Source of the DNA: Thermoanaerobaculia bacterium
Lineage (GTDB): Bacteria; Acidobacteriota; Thermoanaerobaculia; Multivoradales; UBA5704
Direction of reading: 5' to 3'
Length of the DNA stretch: 60,182 nucleotides
Assembly (NCBI GenBank): GCA_044226625.1
Contig: JBGAGQ010000037.1
Coordinates: forward strand, 1-60,182
Shown: positions 29,353-39,509 of the stretch, piece after piece
Numbering within the stretch: the stretch's first letter is position 1
Layout: every line of letters starts with the position of its first letter
Program-made: the position numbers and the translations under genes
The notes under the pieces: model-generated
The model's input: the letters and a program-made list of their open reading frames with translations, nothing else
Told to the model about the DNA's origin: nothing
Databases searched by the model: none

Positions 29353-29392
29353 AAAACGAAACCGCCCGCGCCTCCGGTCCGGAGGGCGGGCG
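29353..29392 (-). terminator. Intrinsic terminator between convergent genes
   Basis: CGCCCGC(G)CCTCCGG-T-CCGGAGGGCGGGCG hairpin followed on the minus strand by GTTTCGTTTT. Confidence 0.65.
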
Positions 29393-29433
29393 TGCGTTCG
29401 AGGTCTCTCTCGGACCGCGGCGCGGCTTTCGGC

Positions 29434-30759
29434 CTACTTGATGCCGACCACCGTGAGGCGCGAGAACTTCCAACCGTAGGGCGGGAAGTACGCGTCGTCA
29501 GCGACGCCCGGAAGGCCAAGCTCCAGGAGCGGCTGCGCGTCACCCACGGCGTTCAGGTCCTCGTTGAAGAGCCCCATGACGAGGTTCATCTTGGTGACGC
29601 CGTCGCTGTTCCTGACCAGGTAGGTGATCGTCCGGGTCTCCGTGTTCAGCTCGATCTGGAAATGGAGGAAGTTCACTCCGGAGAAGTCGAGCGCCCGCTT
29701 GACCGTGGTCTCGATGTAGGGCGTCCCGGGATCGATCAGGATGCGCGGTCCGCCGGTGCTGTCCAGTCGGTCGTAGCTGCCGAAGAAGAGCGTCGTGTTG
29801 AACCGGCGACCGCCGGAACGGAACAGGCCGACGATTCCGCGCAGGACCGAGAAGCCTTCCGGATCGGAGGTCCTCACGTCGAAATCGATCTTGATCGAGC
29901 GATACCGCGGACCGGCGGCGCCGGGGGTGGTGGATTTCTCGAGCGGCAGGACGAAGTGGGCCACGGGGTTTTCGGGCGCGACGGTGAGGAACGTTCCCGT
30001 CCGGCTCGCGAGAGTCACCGGCGTACCCGCCGGACGCAGCTCCCGGACGGGATAGAAGACGCGGACCTTCGTACGGTCCGCGCTCGGCAGCGCGCCCAGG
30101 GCGTAGAACGGCTGGTTGCAGGTGACCGAGGCGTTCGCCTTGCCGTTGCCGGTGATCCGGCGCAGCACGTCGTCGAAACGGACGGCGCCCACGGCCGGCA
30201 CGTTGATCCCCGTCCGCTCTTCGATCGTCGTTCCCACCGGGCGGAGGACCTTGAAGCTGCAGGTCGCCGCGGCCGGCCCGAGGTTAAAGATCGAGAGGTT
30301 CGAGGTATCCGCGCCGCTCTTGGTCAGGTTCAGCACGAAAGCCGTCGTGTTCGGGTTGAAGTCGCTCGCGTCCGAGAGAAGCGGCAGCTCCCAGGCGCCG
30401 TTGGTCGGCGCCTTCCCGGCTTCCAGCGACACCTCGTTCGAGGACAGGCCCGGCTCGGCGTTGAGGATGATCAGCCCCGAGGTCGAGGGGGTGATGTTCA
30501 AGAGGGGGAAGAGCTTCTTCGTCGAGGGGCCGGTGTAGACCTGCGCCCGCACGGGTTGCACGGTCGTGCCGGAGACCCCTTCGGCGATGCGGGTGATGTC
30601 GACGTTCTTCGGGGCGTCCGTCTGCCGCTGGTACTCGGCCAGGATCTTGATCGTTCCCGAGCCGACGTTCGGGATGGGTACGTAGCGCAGCTCGGCGAGC
30701 GACGGAGCCGCGGCGGCGAGCGCCAGGCAGGGCAGTACGAAGGCGAACCGTTTCATCAT
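29434..30759 (-). CDS. Secreted hypothetical protein (441 aa, beta-rich)
   Basis: Signal peptide MMKRFAFVLPCLALAAAAPSLA; strong codon bias; GAGGA SD; one Cys pair in the mature part. Confidence 0.85.
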   Translation of the reverse strand: MMKRFAFVLPCLALAAAAPSLAELRYVPIPNVGSGTIKILAEYQRQTDAPKNVDITRIAEGVSGTTVQPVRAQVYTGPSTKKLFPLLNITPSTSGLIILNAEPGLSSNEVSLEAGKAPTNGAWELPLLSDASDFNPNTTAFVLNLTKSGADTSNLSIFNLGPAAATCSFKVLRPVGTTIEERTGINVPAVGAVRFDDVLRRITGNGKANASVTCNQPFYALGALPSADRTKVRVFYPVRELRPAGTPVTLASRTGTFLTVAPENPVAHFVLPLEKSTTPGAAGPRYRSIKIDFDVRTSDPEGFSVLRGIVGLFRSGGRRFNTTLFFGSYDRLDSTGGPRILIDPGTPYIETTVKRALDFSGVNFLHFQIELNTETRTITYLVRNSDGVTKMNLVMGLFNEDLNAVGDAQPLLELGLPGVADDAYFPPYGWKFSRLTVVGIK

Positions 30760-31206
30760 GTCGTGCTTTCCTCTTCTTGGACCACGTTGTCCGGGCGTCG
30801 GCGATGGGGTCGCCCTGTGAAGCCCCTTACGTACATCGGCGTTTCGACGTTCAAGGCGGGTACGTCCCGGCCGTAACGTCCACCTCCCGCGTCATCGACT
30901 CGGGGCGCCGACGGCGCGCTACGCGAAACGCGGAGCGTGCAATCTGAAACGAAGCTCGATTGTAGGGCATTCTCGACCGGTTGACTGCATAGAAACCTGT
31001 GCAAAATGCCCGGGGTCTCCCCTCGATGGCGCGAAACCGAAGCCTGAAACCCGCCATCGAGGCATTTCCTGCGTCGGGCGCCGGAAGCGCCTTCGGCATT
31101 GCTCCTCGCCGGGCTCGTTATTTAAACTTGACCCCTGAAGTCTTAATAGCGGACCTCGCTATTCAGTTTTCCTGAATCGGCAGCTGCACCGTTACGGCTC
31201 TCCCCC

Positions 31207-33120
31207 CTAACCCCCGGACGGTGATGCCGCATGCCGCCGGATGATGATCGGGCCTTTCTCCTCTTCCCCGCCCTTCTCCTCGGCGGTCTCGATGTCGAAG
31301 CCGATCTTCCCCTTGCCTCCGGGGACTTGGAGCGAGAGACGGTAGAGACTCCACGGGTCGTCGCTCCACCACATGGCGTGGGTGGCGCGTGGGCTTTCGA
31401 GATGGAGGACGTAGGCGATGCCGCCGTCGGGGCGGAGGATCCTTTCGCCCAGGGTGCCGCCTTTTACCTGCAGAGTGCTCGGGGCGTTCGGGGCGAGGTC
31501 GATCTGGACGGCGAGCAGCGGCTTCGGGCTGCCGAGCAGGATCTCTGCCCGGCCGTCCCCTTCGATGTAGGCCCGGCCACCGTCTTGGCCGGCGGGCCCG
31601 TCGAGGAATTTGATCCAGAGGCCGTGCTCGGAGAGATCTTGCCCGCCGGGAACGTGGCTCTGGGTCGTCTCGTACGGCAGCAGGGCGCGGGCGACCGAGG
31701 AGGTGTGGGCGTAGCGGCCGTCGGGCGCGATCGGGAACGCTCGCGGATGGCTCCAGAGCGGCCAGAGGAACGGCGCCGCGAGGGCGGCGACCGCGAGCGC
31801 CCGGGCGACGCCTCCCCGGCCCGGGGGAAGACGGGCGGCCAGGAACCAGAACGCGGGATAGAGCGGCAGGAAATAGCGGTTGCCGATCGCCCCTCCCCCG
31901 CCGTAGAAGTTGAACGGCCGGATCGCGAGGAAGCAGAGGGACGCGACCGCGACGGCGATCGGGATCGCCCACCGCCCGCGATCGCCCGCGTAGGCCAGGA
32001 GCGCGAGCAGGATCGGCAGGAAGTACGGCAGGATGCCGACGTTCTCGCCCGCGATCAGGTAGACGACGTTCCAGCCCCAGAGCTTCGGATCGGCGCTCGG
32101 GGTGATTGCCCCCTCCTGCGTCCACGAGGTGTTGCCCCATTTCCGGATCGACCGGTCCCAGTCGCTCGCCGGGAAGTCGACCTCCGGATAGCCGGTCCGC
32201 GGATAGAACCCTTGCCGCTCGCCGCCGTAGCCGGTGAAGCTGCCGCCGGCCGCCGTCTGGATCGCGCCGGTAGCGCCGAGGAGCAGGACCGCTCCCAGCG
32301 CGAGCCCCGCGAGCCCCGCGCCGCGCTTGGCGCGCGGTACCGCGAGGGCGGCGGGTACGAGCAGCGCCAGATAGAAAGGCCGGAACGATCCGGGAATCGC
32401 GATCAACACGCCCGCGGCGAAGTAGCGCCAGAAAACGCGCGAGGAGGGAATCGTCTCCTCCCCCTCGTAGATCTCGGGCAGAGGCGCCTCGCGGGTCCGG
32501 CCGCCGCCGTAACAGACCGCGAAGCCGGCGGCCACCGCCGAGAGCAGGAACAGGTCGGCGTGCACCCAGAACGCGTAGGCGAACGACACCGAGGCGAAGG
32601 CGAACACGGCGACCCAGAGCGGAGCGACGCCGCCGATCCGGCGCCGGAGGGTCCGCGCCGAGAGCCAGCACGCGAGCGCGAAAGCGAGGACGTTGCCGAT
32701 CAACGCGCCGCCCTGGGGCGACGCGCGAACGAAGGGCGCCGAGAAGAGAGCGTAGGCGGCCGGTTTGCCGTACGTGAGCGCGCGGGGCGCACGATCCGAG
32801 GCGCTCCGCTCGCGGGTTTCCAGGATCAGGCCGTCCGGCGGGCCACCCCAATCGTGGACGAAACGGTCGTAGTCGCCCCGTGTGTAGCGAAGGTCGAAAT
32901 CGAACGCGAGCGACGCCGCTTGCATGGCGTAGGTCGCTTCGTCGCCGACGAGCGAGGGTCGGCCGACCCGCGAGAAGGTGGCGGCGCCGACGAGAAGGGC
33001 CAGGAACAAGGCGGCCAGGAGGCCCCAGCCGGCGCGCTCGGTTGTCCCCATGCGGGGCCCCATCCGGGGCTCCATCCGGGCCCCCATCCGATCCATCCGG
33101 AAGTCCGGACTTTCGCTCAC
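31207..33120 (-). CDS. Polytopic membrane protein, probable GT-C fold glycosyltransferase
   Basis: GDEATY acidic motif after first TM, ~10 TM segments, GNRYFLP; GTG start overlaps upstream TGA. Confidence 0.7.
   Translation of the reverse strand: MSESPDFRMDRMGARMEPRMGPRMGTTERAGWGLLAALFLALLVGAATFSRVGRPSLVGDEATYAMQAASLAFDFDLRYTRGDYDRFVHDWGGPPDGLILETRERSASDRAPRALTYGKPAAYALFSAPFVRASPQGGALIGNVLAFALACWLSARTLRRRIGGVAPLWVAVFAFASVSFAYAFWVHADLFLLSAVAAGFAVCYGGGRTREAPLPEIYEGEETIPSSRVFWRYFAAGVLIAIPGSFRPFYLALLVPAALAVPRAKRGAGLAGLALGAVLLLGATGAIQTAAGGSFTGYGGERQGFYPRTGYPEVDFPASDWDRSIRKWGNTSWTQEGAITPSADPKLWGWNVVYLIAGENVGILPYFLPILLALLAYAGDRGRWAIPIAVAVASLCFLAIRPFNFYGGGGAIGNRYFLPLYPAFWFLAARLPPGRGGVARALAVAALAAPFLWPLWSHPRAFPIAPDGRYAHTSSVARALLPYETTQSHVPGGQDLSEHGLWIKFLDGPAGQDGGRAYIEGDGRAEILLGSPKPLLAVQIDLAPNAPSTLQVKGGTLGERILRPDGGIAYVLHLESPRATHAMWWSDDPWSLYRLSLQVPGGKGKIGFDIETAEEKGGEEEKGPIIIRRHAASPSGG
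33046..33100. repeat. Imperfect 12-bp tandem repeat encoding RMD-RMGA-RMEP-RMGP-RMG
   Basis: CCCCATGCGGGG / CCCCATCCGGGG / CTCCATCCGGGC / CCCCATCCG / ATCCATCCGG. Confidence 0.8.
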
Positions 33121-34748
33121 AGGTCGCGCTCCCACCAGGGCCCCGAGAGGCGCGAGAAGCCGAGGCCGCCGAACAGGTGCGGCTCGATGCGCAGGCGCGC
33201 GGGCCCGGGCGGCCGGCGGACCTCGGTGACGAACCGCGCCTCCTCCCCTGGAGCGAGATCGCGCGGCAGGGGCAGCCAATGGCGGTTTTCGAGCAGATCC
33301 TCGCCCCCCTCTCCGCCGTCGAAGAGCTTGATCACTAGGGCAACCCCACCGGGGCCGCGCTCACCCCCGAGCCACCGGGCGAAACCGCGATTGGCGAGGC
33401 GGATGTCGAGCCGGCGCCGCTCGCCGGGAGCCCAGGGGAGGTCGGCTCCCTCCACCTCGATCGCTCCCCGACATTCGTGCCAGGTGAGGCTCGTGGGCGG
33501 AGCCGCTTCCGTCGTCCGAACCGGCGCCGGTCCCGGAGGTGGCAGGTCGCGCCACTCGAGACAGGCCGCAACGATCGCCTCGGCCGCCGCTTCCGGCGCG
33601 TTGCGCAGGCGGACGTGCTCGCGCGCCGCCTCCCCCATCGCACGCAGCCGGTCGGGCGTTCCGAGCAAATCCCGGAGGGCCGCGGCGAGCGCCGGGACCT
33701 CTCCGTCCCCGACGGGAACCTTGAGCGCGATCTCCTCCGGCAGATCGGAGAACTGGGCGTAATCCGAGACGATGGCCGGCCGGCCCACGGCGAGCACCCG
33801 CAGGAGCGACGCCGACGTCTCGCCGGCCGTGGGATAGCGGAGGTTCAAGCAGAGGTCCGACGCGGCGATCGCCAGCTCGAGCTCGGCGAACGGCAGGAAG
33901 CCGAGATGGGTCACCCGGTCGGCGACGCCCGCGCGCCGCGCGAGCTGCTCGATGTCGAGGCCGGACGATTCGCCGACCACGAGAAGGTGGAGCCGTTCGA
34001 GCCCGGGGGCCGCGAGCGCCTCGATCGCCACGCCCGTCCGCTTGATCGGAGTCTGGAAACCGAACGATCCGAGGATCGGCGTGTCGAGCGGCAGACCGTG
34101 CCGGAGACGAAAAGCTCGGCCGGCCTCGGCATCCGCGGGCGGCGGCAGCGGGATGCCCATCGGCACCGCGCGAACCCGCAGGTCGGGATCGTCCCGGAGC
34201 AGCTCGCTCGCCGCCCAGGCCCCGTGGACCAGGATGCCCCGGTGTCGGCGCAGCAGCGCGCGCCGCGCCGGCAGGCCGAAGACCGGAGCCTCGCCGTACG
34301 CGCTCCACCGTTTGACCAGCGCGGTCGCCCGGCCGATCCACCCCTCGTCCTCTTCGAGCAGATCGCAATAGAGGTCGAAGTCCTCGCGCCCGCGCTCTCG
34401 GCCGAGCGTCGCGTCCAGGCGCAGGTGATGCAGGAACGGATCGTGGAGCACCAGCACGCCGGGCCTTTCGAGCGCCCATCGCAGGACGTCAAAGTGATAG
34501 CGGTTGTTGCCCATGTGGTAGAGCGGCAGCCGCCCCCCCTCTCCCACGCGCTCGGAAGGCTCCGGATGCCAGGCCTCGCGGACCTGCTCGGAGACCGGTA
34601 GGCCGTCCGGAGCGAGCACGCGGACGTCGGCGCGCGCGGCGAGATGAGGCAGCAGGTCGGTCGAATAGTCGGCGATACCCGACCGGACCGGCGGGAGCGG
34701 CGAGAGGTAGTCGAGGGCCAGAGCGGGTGCGCGCGGGGTGCCGGACAT
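33117..34748 (-). CDS. Glycosyltransferase family 4 protein with C-terminal beta domain
   Basis: SPLPPVRSGIADYS, YHMGNN, NLRYPTAGETSASLL. Confidence 0.9.
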   Translation of the reverse strand: MSGTPRAPALALDYLSPLPPVRSGIADYSTDLLPHLAARADVRVLAPDGLPVSEQVREAWHPEPSERVGEGGRLPLYHMGNNRYHFDVLRWALERPGVLVLHDPFLHHLRLDATLGRERGREDFDLYCDLLEEDEGWIGRATALVKRWSAYGEAPVFGLPARRALLRRHRGILVHGAWAASELLRDDPDLRVRAVPMGIPLPPPADAEAGRAFRLRHGLPLDTPILGSFGFQTPIKRTGVAIEALAAPGLERLHLLVVGESSGLDIEQLARRAGVADRVTHLGFLPFAELELAIAASDLCLNLRYPTAGETSASLLRVLAVGRPAIVSDYAQFSDLPEEIALKVPVGDGEVPALAAALRDLLGTPDRLRAMGEAAREHVRLRNAPEAAAEAIVAACLEWRDLPPPGPAPVRTTEAAPPTSLTWHECRGAIEVEGADLPWAPGERRRLDIRLANRGFARWLGGERGPGGVALVIKLFDGGEGGEDLLENRHWLPLPRDLAPGEEARFVTEVRRPPGPARLRIEPHLFGGLGFSRLSGPWWERDL

Positions 34749-35004
34749 CGGAGGCGGAGTCTATCCGCAGCCGTCGCGCGCCGGCCGGAAGGGATCCTCG
34801 TACCCCATCCGTCGGTTTGTCCCGTTCCCCCTTCTCGAAGCACCTCCTTTTTTAGACGCTCGTTTATCCAATCTGCCCGAACTCGGCTCGGCTTTCGAGA
34901 GCTGTGTGCCGTTCACGCCCGGTTGCCCCGAGGTTCGCCCTCCCAAGGCGCCCTCGAGGATCCATCCCTCCGGTGCGTTCTTTGAAGGTAGAAGGAGAAG
35001 CGAC

Positions 35005-36240
35005 ATGAGCAGAGCGACGAAGTGGATCCGCCGGCTGGCGATCCCGGTAGGGATCGTGTCGGTCCTCGGAGCGGTCCCGTTGATGTTGAACGGCGTCACC
35101 GCCACCGAGGCCCCGACTGGATTCGACGGCCTGACGAACGGCATGGTGTCGCAGGCCCAATTCGACCTCGACAAGGAGACGTTCGAAGGACGCGAGGACA
35201 TCGAGGATGGCCTCGGCCCGCTGTACAACGCGCAAGCGTGCGCCGAGTGCCACCAGACTCCGGTGACCGGCGGCACCAGCCAGATCACCGAGCTGCGCGT
35301 CGGCCGCTACGACGGCTTCACGTTCACCGACCGTCCGGGCGGTTCGCTGATCAACGACCGGGCGATCAACGCAGCCATCCAGGAGCGGGTCGGCGGCGAG
35401 GACAACGTGGCCGATTTCCGGTCTTCGTTGAACGTGTTGGGCGACGGTTTCATCGAGGCGATCGCCGATTCGACGTTCACGACGATCCGCAACTCGCAGC
35501 CCTCGAGCATGAAGGGGCAGATCATCAACGTGCCGGTCCTCGAGGCGCCGGGCCAGACCCGCGTCGCGCGCTTCGGTTGGAAGAACCAGCACGCCAGCCT
35601 GCTGTCGTTCTCGGCCGACGCCTATCTGAACGAAATGGGGATCACCAGCCCGCTCCAGCCGACCGAGAACACCTCGAACGGCACCTCCGTCGCGGCCTAT
35701 GACACCGTGCCCGATCCGGAAGAGGCGGCGACCTCCGGCAATCCGTTCGGGCCGGACGTCGAGTTCTTCGCCCGCTTCATGCGAGCGAGCAAAGCTCCTC
35801 CGCGCGACACCGTCGCCGCGGCGACGGCCGACGCGGTCGCCGGAGCGAATCTGTTCACCTCGATCGGCTGCGCCAACTGCCATCGGACGTCGATCACCAC
35901 CGCTCCGGCGGGCACGGTGGTCAACGGCGGCACGTTCGTGATCCCACCGGCGCTCGGCGACAAGATCATTCACCCGTACAGCGACTTCATGCTCCACGAC
36001 GTCGGCACCGGCGATTTCATCGTCCAGAACGGCGGCCAGAGCACCCTCACCAAGATGCGCACGCCGCCGCTCTGGGGCCTGCGCACCCGTTCGCGCATGA
36101 TGCACGACACGGTGACGTTCACGCGCAACGACGCCATCCTGCGCCACGACAACGAGGCGTACAACCCGGCGGCGACCTACTACTACAACCTGAGCCTCAC
36201 CCAGAAGAACCAGCTGATTGCTTTCCTGAATTCGCTCTAG
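35005..36240 (+). CDS. Di-heme oxidoreductase (DHOR) family exported protein
   Basis: GLGPLYNAQACAECH, ARFGWK, AYLNEMGIT, CANCH, YSDFMLHD, RTPPLWG; AAGGAG SD. Confidence 0.9.
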   Translation: MSRATKWIRRLAIPVGIVSVLGAVPLMLNGVTATEAPTGFDGLTNGMVSQAQFDLDKETFEGREDIEDGLGPLYNAQACAECHQTPVTGGTSQITELRVGRYDGFTFTDRPGGSLINDRAINAAIQERVGGEDNVADFRSSLNVLGDGFIEAIADSTFTTIRNSQPSSMKGQIINVPVLEAPGQTRVARFGWKNQHASLLSFSADAYLNEMGITSPLQPTENTSNGTSVAAYDTVPDPEEAATSGNPFGPDVEFFARFMRASKAPPRDTVAAATADAVAGANLFTSIGCANCHRTSITTAPAGTVVNGGTFVIPPALGDKIIHPYSDFMLHDVGTGDFIVQNGGQSTLTKMRTPPLWGLRTRSRMMHDTVTFTRNDAILRHDNEAYNPAATYYYNLSLTQKNQLIAFLNSL

Positions 36241-36277
36241 ACAAAAAGAGCCATCCATCGCGTCGCAGGAATCGAGG

Positions 36278-36319
36278 GCCGGCCGATCGTCGTCGAACGA
36301 TCGGCCGGCTTTTCGTTTT
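36278..36319 (+). terminator. Rho-independent terminator of the DHOR gene
   Basis: 13-bp perfect stem GCCGGCCGATCGT/ACGATCGGCCGGC followed by TTTTCGTTTT. Confidence 0.85.
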
Positions 36320-36322
36320 CAG

Positions 36323-36498
36323 CCCGAATTTCTCACCGGGTTTCGTAGCGAGGCGGAAGTGATGCCGGTGAATGCAAGGCGCGCGAAGGGAGGACGACGT
36401 AGGCGTAGTTGGCACTCCGTCGAGGAGTGCGAGCGAGCGCAACGTAGCACGCGCCGGCAGATTTTCCGCCGCAGCAGAAACCCGGTGAGAAGTTCGGG
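36323..36498. mobile_element. 176-bp MITE-like palindromic element
   Basis: 22-bp terminal inverted repeats (21/22 match, CCCGAAYTTCTCACCGGGTTTC), flanked by TCAG/TTAG; internal arms also pair. Confidence 0.75.
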
Positions 36499-37833
36499 TT
36501 AGAGCTGGCCCCGGATCAACGGCGCGAGCAGCTGCAGCCAGCGGAGCTTGCGGACCTTCGATTTCGGCACGCCGGGAAAGCGCTCGTTCGCTCCTTCGGG
36601 CAGGCCCCGGCGATCGATGCGCCATGAGCTTCGGAGGTGGGCTTCCATGATGCCGATCTCGGTCGCCGCGAGAGCCGGGCTGTCGAGCTCGACCGCGACC
36701 TCCGAGTTCAGGTATTCGGAGCGCGGGTCGATGTTGAACGACCCGACGATGAGATATCGCGAGTCGATCACCGCGACTTTCGAATGCAGGCTCTCCTCGC
36801 CGTGGTACTCCCAAAGCTCGATGCCGCCCTCGACCAACTTGCGCTCGCTGCCGACGTAGCCGGCCTGCGCCCAGAGGTTGTCGGTGGTCGCCAGCGAATT
36901 GGTGAGGATGCGGATCTTCACGCCCCGTTTCATCGCCCGCACGATCCCCTTGCGGAACGACCGCGTCGGAATCAGGTACGGCGATTCGATCGAGACCGAG
37001 TCGCGCGCCGAGTCGAGCCGCGCGAGCAGCTCCGGGCCGACGCCCCGCTCGGGGTCCTTCCGGCCGATCGGATCGTGGAGGAACCGCAGGCTCGCGACGT
37101 CGACCGGCTCGTCGAGCAGGGGCACGCCGGTCCGGCGCGCGGTCGCGATCCTCGCGTCGAGCCACTCCTGGTAGGAGTCGAGGCGGCGGGCCGCCTCGGC
37201 TTTCTGCGCCGGCGTCGCCCGCTTCTTCCGCTCCTTGACGTGGTGGCTGTTCCAGAGCGCGAGGAAGTAGTCGCGCGCATCGGCGGCGAGCGGCCCGCGC
37301 ACCTCGACGTCGCAATCGATGTAGTTGCGCCGTCCCATCTGCGACGGCCCGAGGCCGAAGTAGGGGCTCTCGATGTTGCGTCCCCCGGCGATCAGGATCT
37401 CGCCGTCGATCAGGACCAGCTTGTCGTGCAGCCGGCGGGTGAGCCAGTGGAGGTTGCCCCAGGTGAACGGGTGATAGGTCCGGATCTCGATCCCTTCGTC
37501 TCGCAGATGGGCCTGGACCGCGACCGGGATGCGGTTCCACTGGCTGTCGATCAGGAGCTTCACCGAGATGCCGCGCCGCGCGGCGTCGCGGAGCAGCGCG
37601 AGAGCGCCGAGCGAAAAGGGATCGTCGCCGACGATGAACGACGACGTGAGGATCTCCCGCTTCGCTCCGAGCACGCCGCCGACCCGAGAGGCCGCCGCCT
37701 CGAGCACGGTGTCGAGCAGACGGACCTGATCGGCCCGGCCCGGCACCGGGGCCCAAAGCAGCGAGGCGACGACGGTGAGAACGGCGAAGGTGCGATACGA
37801 GCCACGCCGGCTGCGAAAAGGCGAATCGGTCAC
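36499..37833 (-). CDS. Phospholipase D family protein (cardiolipin synthase ClsC-like), exported
   Basis: Two HKD motifs LHDKLVLID and LHSKVAVID; GGRNI; GSFNIDPRSEYLNSE; N-terminal signal-like helix; start approximate. Confidence 0.9.
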   Translation of the reverse strand: MTDSPFRSRRGSYRTFAVLTVVASLLWAPVPGRADQVRLLDTVLEAAASRVGGVLGAKREILTSSFIVGDDPFSLGALALLRDAARRGISVKLLIDSQWNRIPVAVQAHLRDEGIEIRTYHPFTWGNLHWLTRRLHDKLVLIDGEILIAGGRNIESPYFGLGPSQMGRRNYIDCDVEVRGPLAADARDYFLALWNSHHVKERKKRATPAQKAEAARRLDSYQEWLDARIATARRTGVPLLDEPVDVASLRFLHDPIGRKDPERGVGPELLARLDSARDSVSIESPYLIPTRSFRKGIVRAMKRGVKIRILTNSLATTDNLWAQAGYVGSERKLVEGGIELWEYHGEESLHSKVAVIDSRYLIVGSFNIDPRSEYLNSEVAVELDSPALAATEIGIMEAHLRSSWRIDRRGLPEGANERFPGVPKSKVRKLRWLQLLAPLIRGQL

Positions 37834-37860
37834 GATGCGCAAAGTGTACGATGCCCCGCC

Positions 37861-39507
37861 ATGACGAACCCCGATTCGGGAGACGGAGCCGGGCTGGAGA
37901 CCGGCGGGAAGAGCGACCCGAGCGCGGTCGCGACCGTGGCCTCGCGAAGGGTGTGGCTCGCCGCGGCGGGCGCGGTGTGGGTCTTGCCGCTCTGGTTCGT
38001 CCGCTACTTGCCGATGGTCGACTACCCGCAGCAGCTCGCGGCGGCGGCGATCCTGCGCTTCTACGGCGATCCCTCCCGGGCTCTCCAGGCGACGTTCGAG
38101 ATCGTTCCGTTTCGGCCACAAGGGTTGTTCGAGATGCTCGTGGCGGCCGTCGCCTTAGTCCTTCCGATCGAGGCGGCGGGAAAGCTCGTCCTCTCCCTAT
38201 CGCTCCTCGCGGTGCCGGTCGCCACCGCGCTCCTCTGCCGCCGGACCGGCCGGCCGGCGGCCTATGGGCTGCTCGCCCTCGCCCTCACCTACAACCACGC
38301 CTTCGCGTGGGGCTTCGTCGACAACCTGCTCGCCTATCCTCTCGTCCTGTTCGGCCTGGCGCTCGCGGACCGCCTATTCGACCGGCCGTTCGGCGTGAGC
38401 GCCTGGGTCCGGATCGCCCTCGTCGGCCTCGCGTTCTATACCGTCCACCTCGAGTTCCTGCTGATCTTCGCCGGCGCGGTGGGATGGCTCGCCCTGGTGC
38501 GGGCATCCGGCGCGAGACGCCTCCTCGCCCAGCTCTCGACGCTGCTCCCCGGCCTCGCGGCGGGGATCGGCGCGCTCGCCTGGGCGCACCGGAACCCCGA
38601 ATCGGCGATGACCGCGTACCAGCAGAACCTGGCCACGGAGGCTTCGCAATACGCGCCGATCGCCACCCGGCTGAGCCAGATCCCCTCGAATTTGTTCGCG
38701 GGGCCGAAGGACCTCGGGGCCTGGGCGCTGCTCGCCCTGGGGGCAGCCCTCGCGCTGCTCGCGCTCTCGTCGCGCGGGAGCTCGGATCGGGAGACCGAGG
38801 GTAAGACGCTCGTTCGCACCCGTTTCCTCACCCTAGCCGCCTGGGTGCTCCTGCTCTATTTCGTCCTGCCCAACTACACCCGCGGCTACCTGGTTTCGGA
38901 CCGCCTCCTGCCGCTCGCCGCGATGATCGCGATCCCCGCGTTCCCGCGCCTGCCGATGAGCCCGGCGCGGGTCCGCCTCGCGGCGCTCCTGCTCGGCGTC
39001 CTGCTCGCGGGCCAGTGGATGCGGACGGCGACGGGAATCCTGGCGTTTTCGTCCGAAGTGGAGGGGCTCGGAGAGCTGCTCGATTCGACCGCGCCGGGCC
39101 AGTCGCTCGCCGGGTTGATCTATGAGCCCGGGGGCGAGCAGGGGGCGAACGGTTGGGCGGCGCCGCCCTATCTCATCCACACCCCCGCCTACTACCAGGT
39201 CGGCAAAGGTGGGCGCGTCCACTTCTCGTTCGCCCAGTTCTTCAACTCGCCCGTCGCGTACCGGCCCGGCAAGAACAAGGACGATCCGCTCCTCGCCGAA
39301 TGGGACGAGTGGAACCCGCAGCGGTTCCGCTACGACCGCCACGCCTCGCACTACCGCTACTTCCTGGTGCGCGGCGGGCCGGAGCGGATCGCCCAGGCGT
39401 TCGGCCCCCATCTCTGGGGGCTCTCCGTGAAACGCGCCGGACGGTGGTTCCTAGTCGAACGGGCGCCGGGCGTGGCGCAAAGCACCTTCCCAAGCACCTT
39501 CCCCTAA
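37861..39507 (+). CDS. Polytopic membrane protein (possible GT-C-like transferase)
   Basis: PMVDYPQQL after first TM, WGFVDNLL, many TM segments, soluble C-terminal domain. Confidence 0.7.
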   Translation: MTNPDSGDGAGLETGGKSDPSAVATVASRRVWLAAAGAVWVLPLWFVRYLPMVDYPQQLAAAAILRFYGDPSRALQATFEIVPFRPQGLFEMLVAAVALVLPIEAAGKLVLSLSLLAVPVATALLCRRTGRPAAYGLLALALTYNHAFAWGFVDNLLAYPLVLFGLALADRLFDRPFGVSAWVRIALVGLAFYTVHLEFLLIFAGAVGWLALVRASGARRLLAQLSTLLPGLAAGIGALAWAHRNPESAMTAYQQNLATEASQYAPIATRLSQIPSNLFAGPKDLGAWALLALGAALALLALSSRGSSDRETEGKTLVRTRFLTLAAWVLLLYFVLPNYTRGYLVSDRLLPLAAMIAIPAFPRLPMSPARVRLAALLLGVLLAGQWMRTATGILAFSSEVEGLGELLDSTAPGQSLAGLIYEPGGEQGANGWAAPPYLIHTPAYYQVGKGGRVHFSFAQFFNSPVAYRPGKNKDDPLLAEWDEWNPQRFRYDRHASHYRYFLVRGGPERIAQAFGPHLWGLSVKRAGRWFLVERAPGVAQSTFPSTFP

Positions 39508-39509
39508 CG

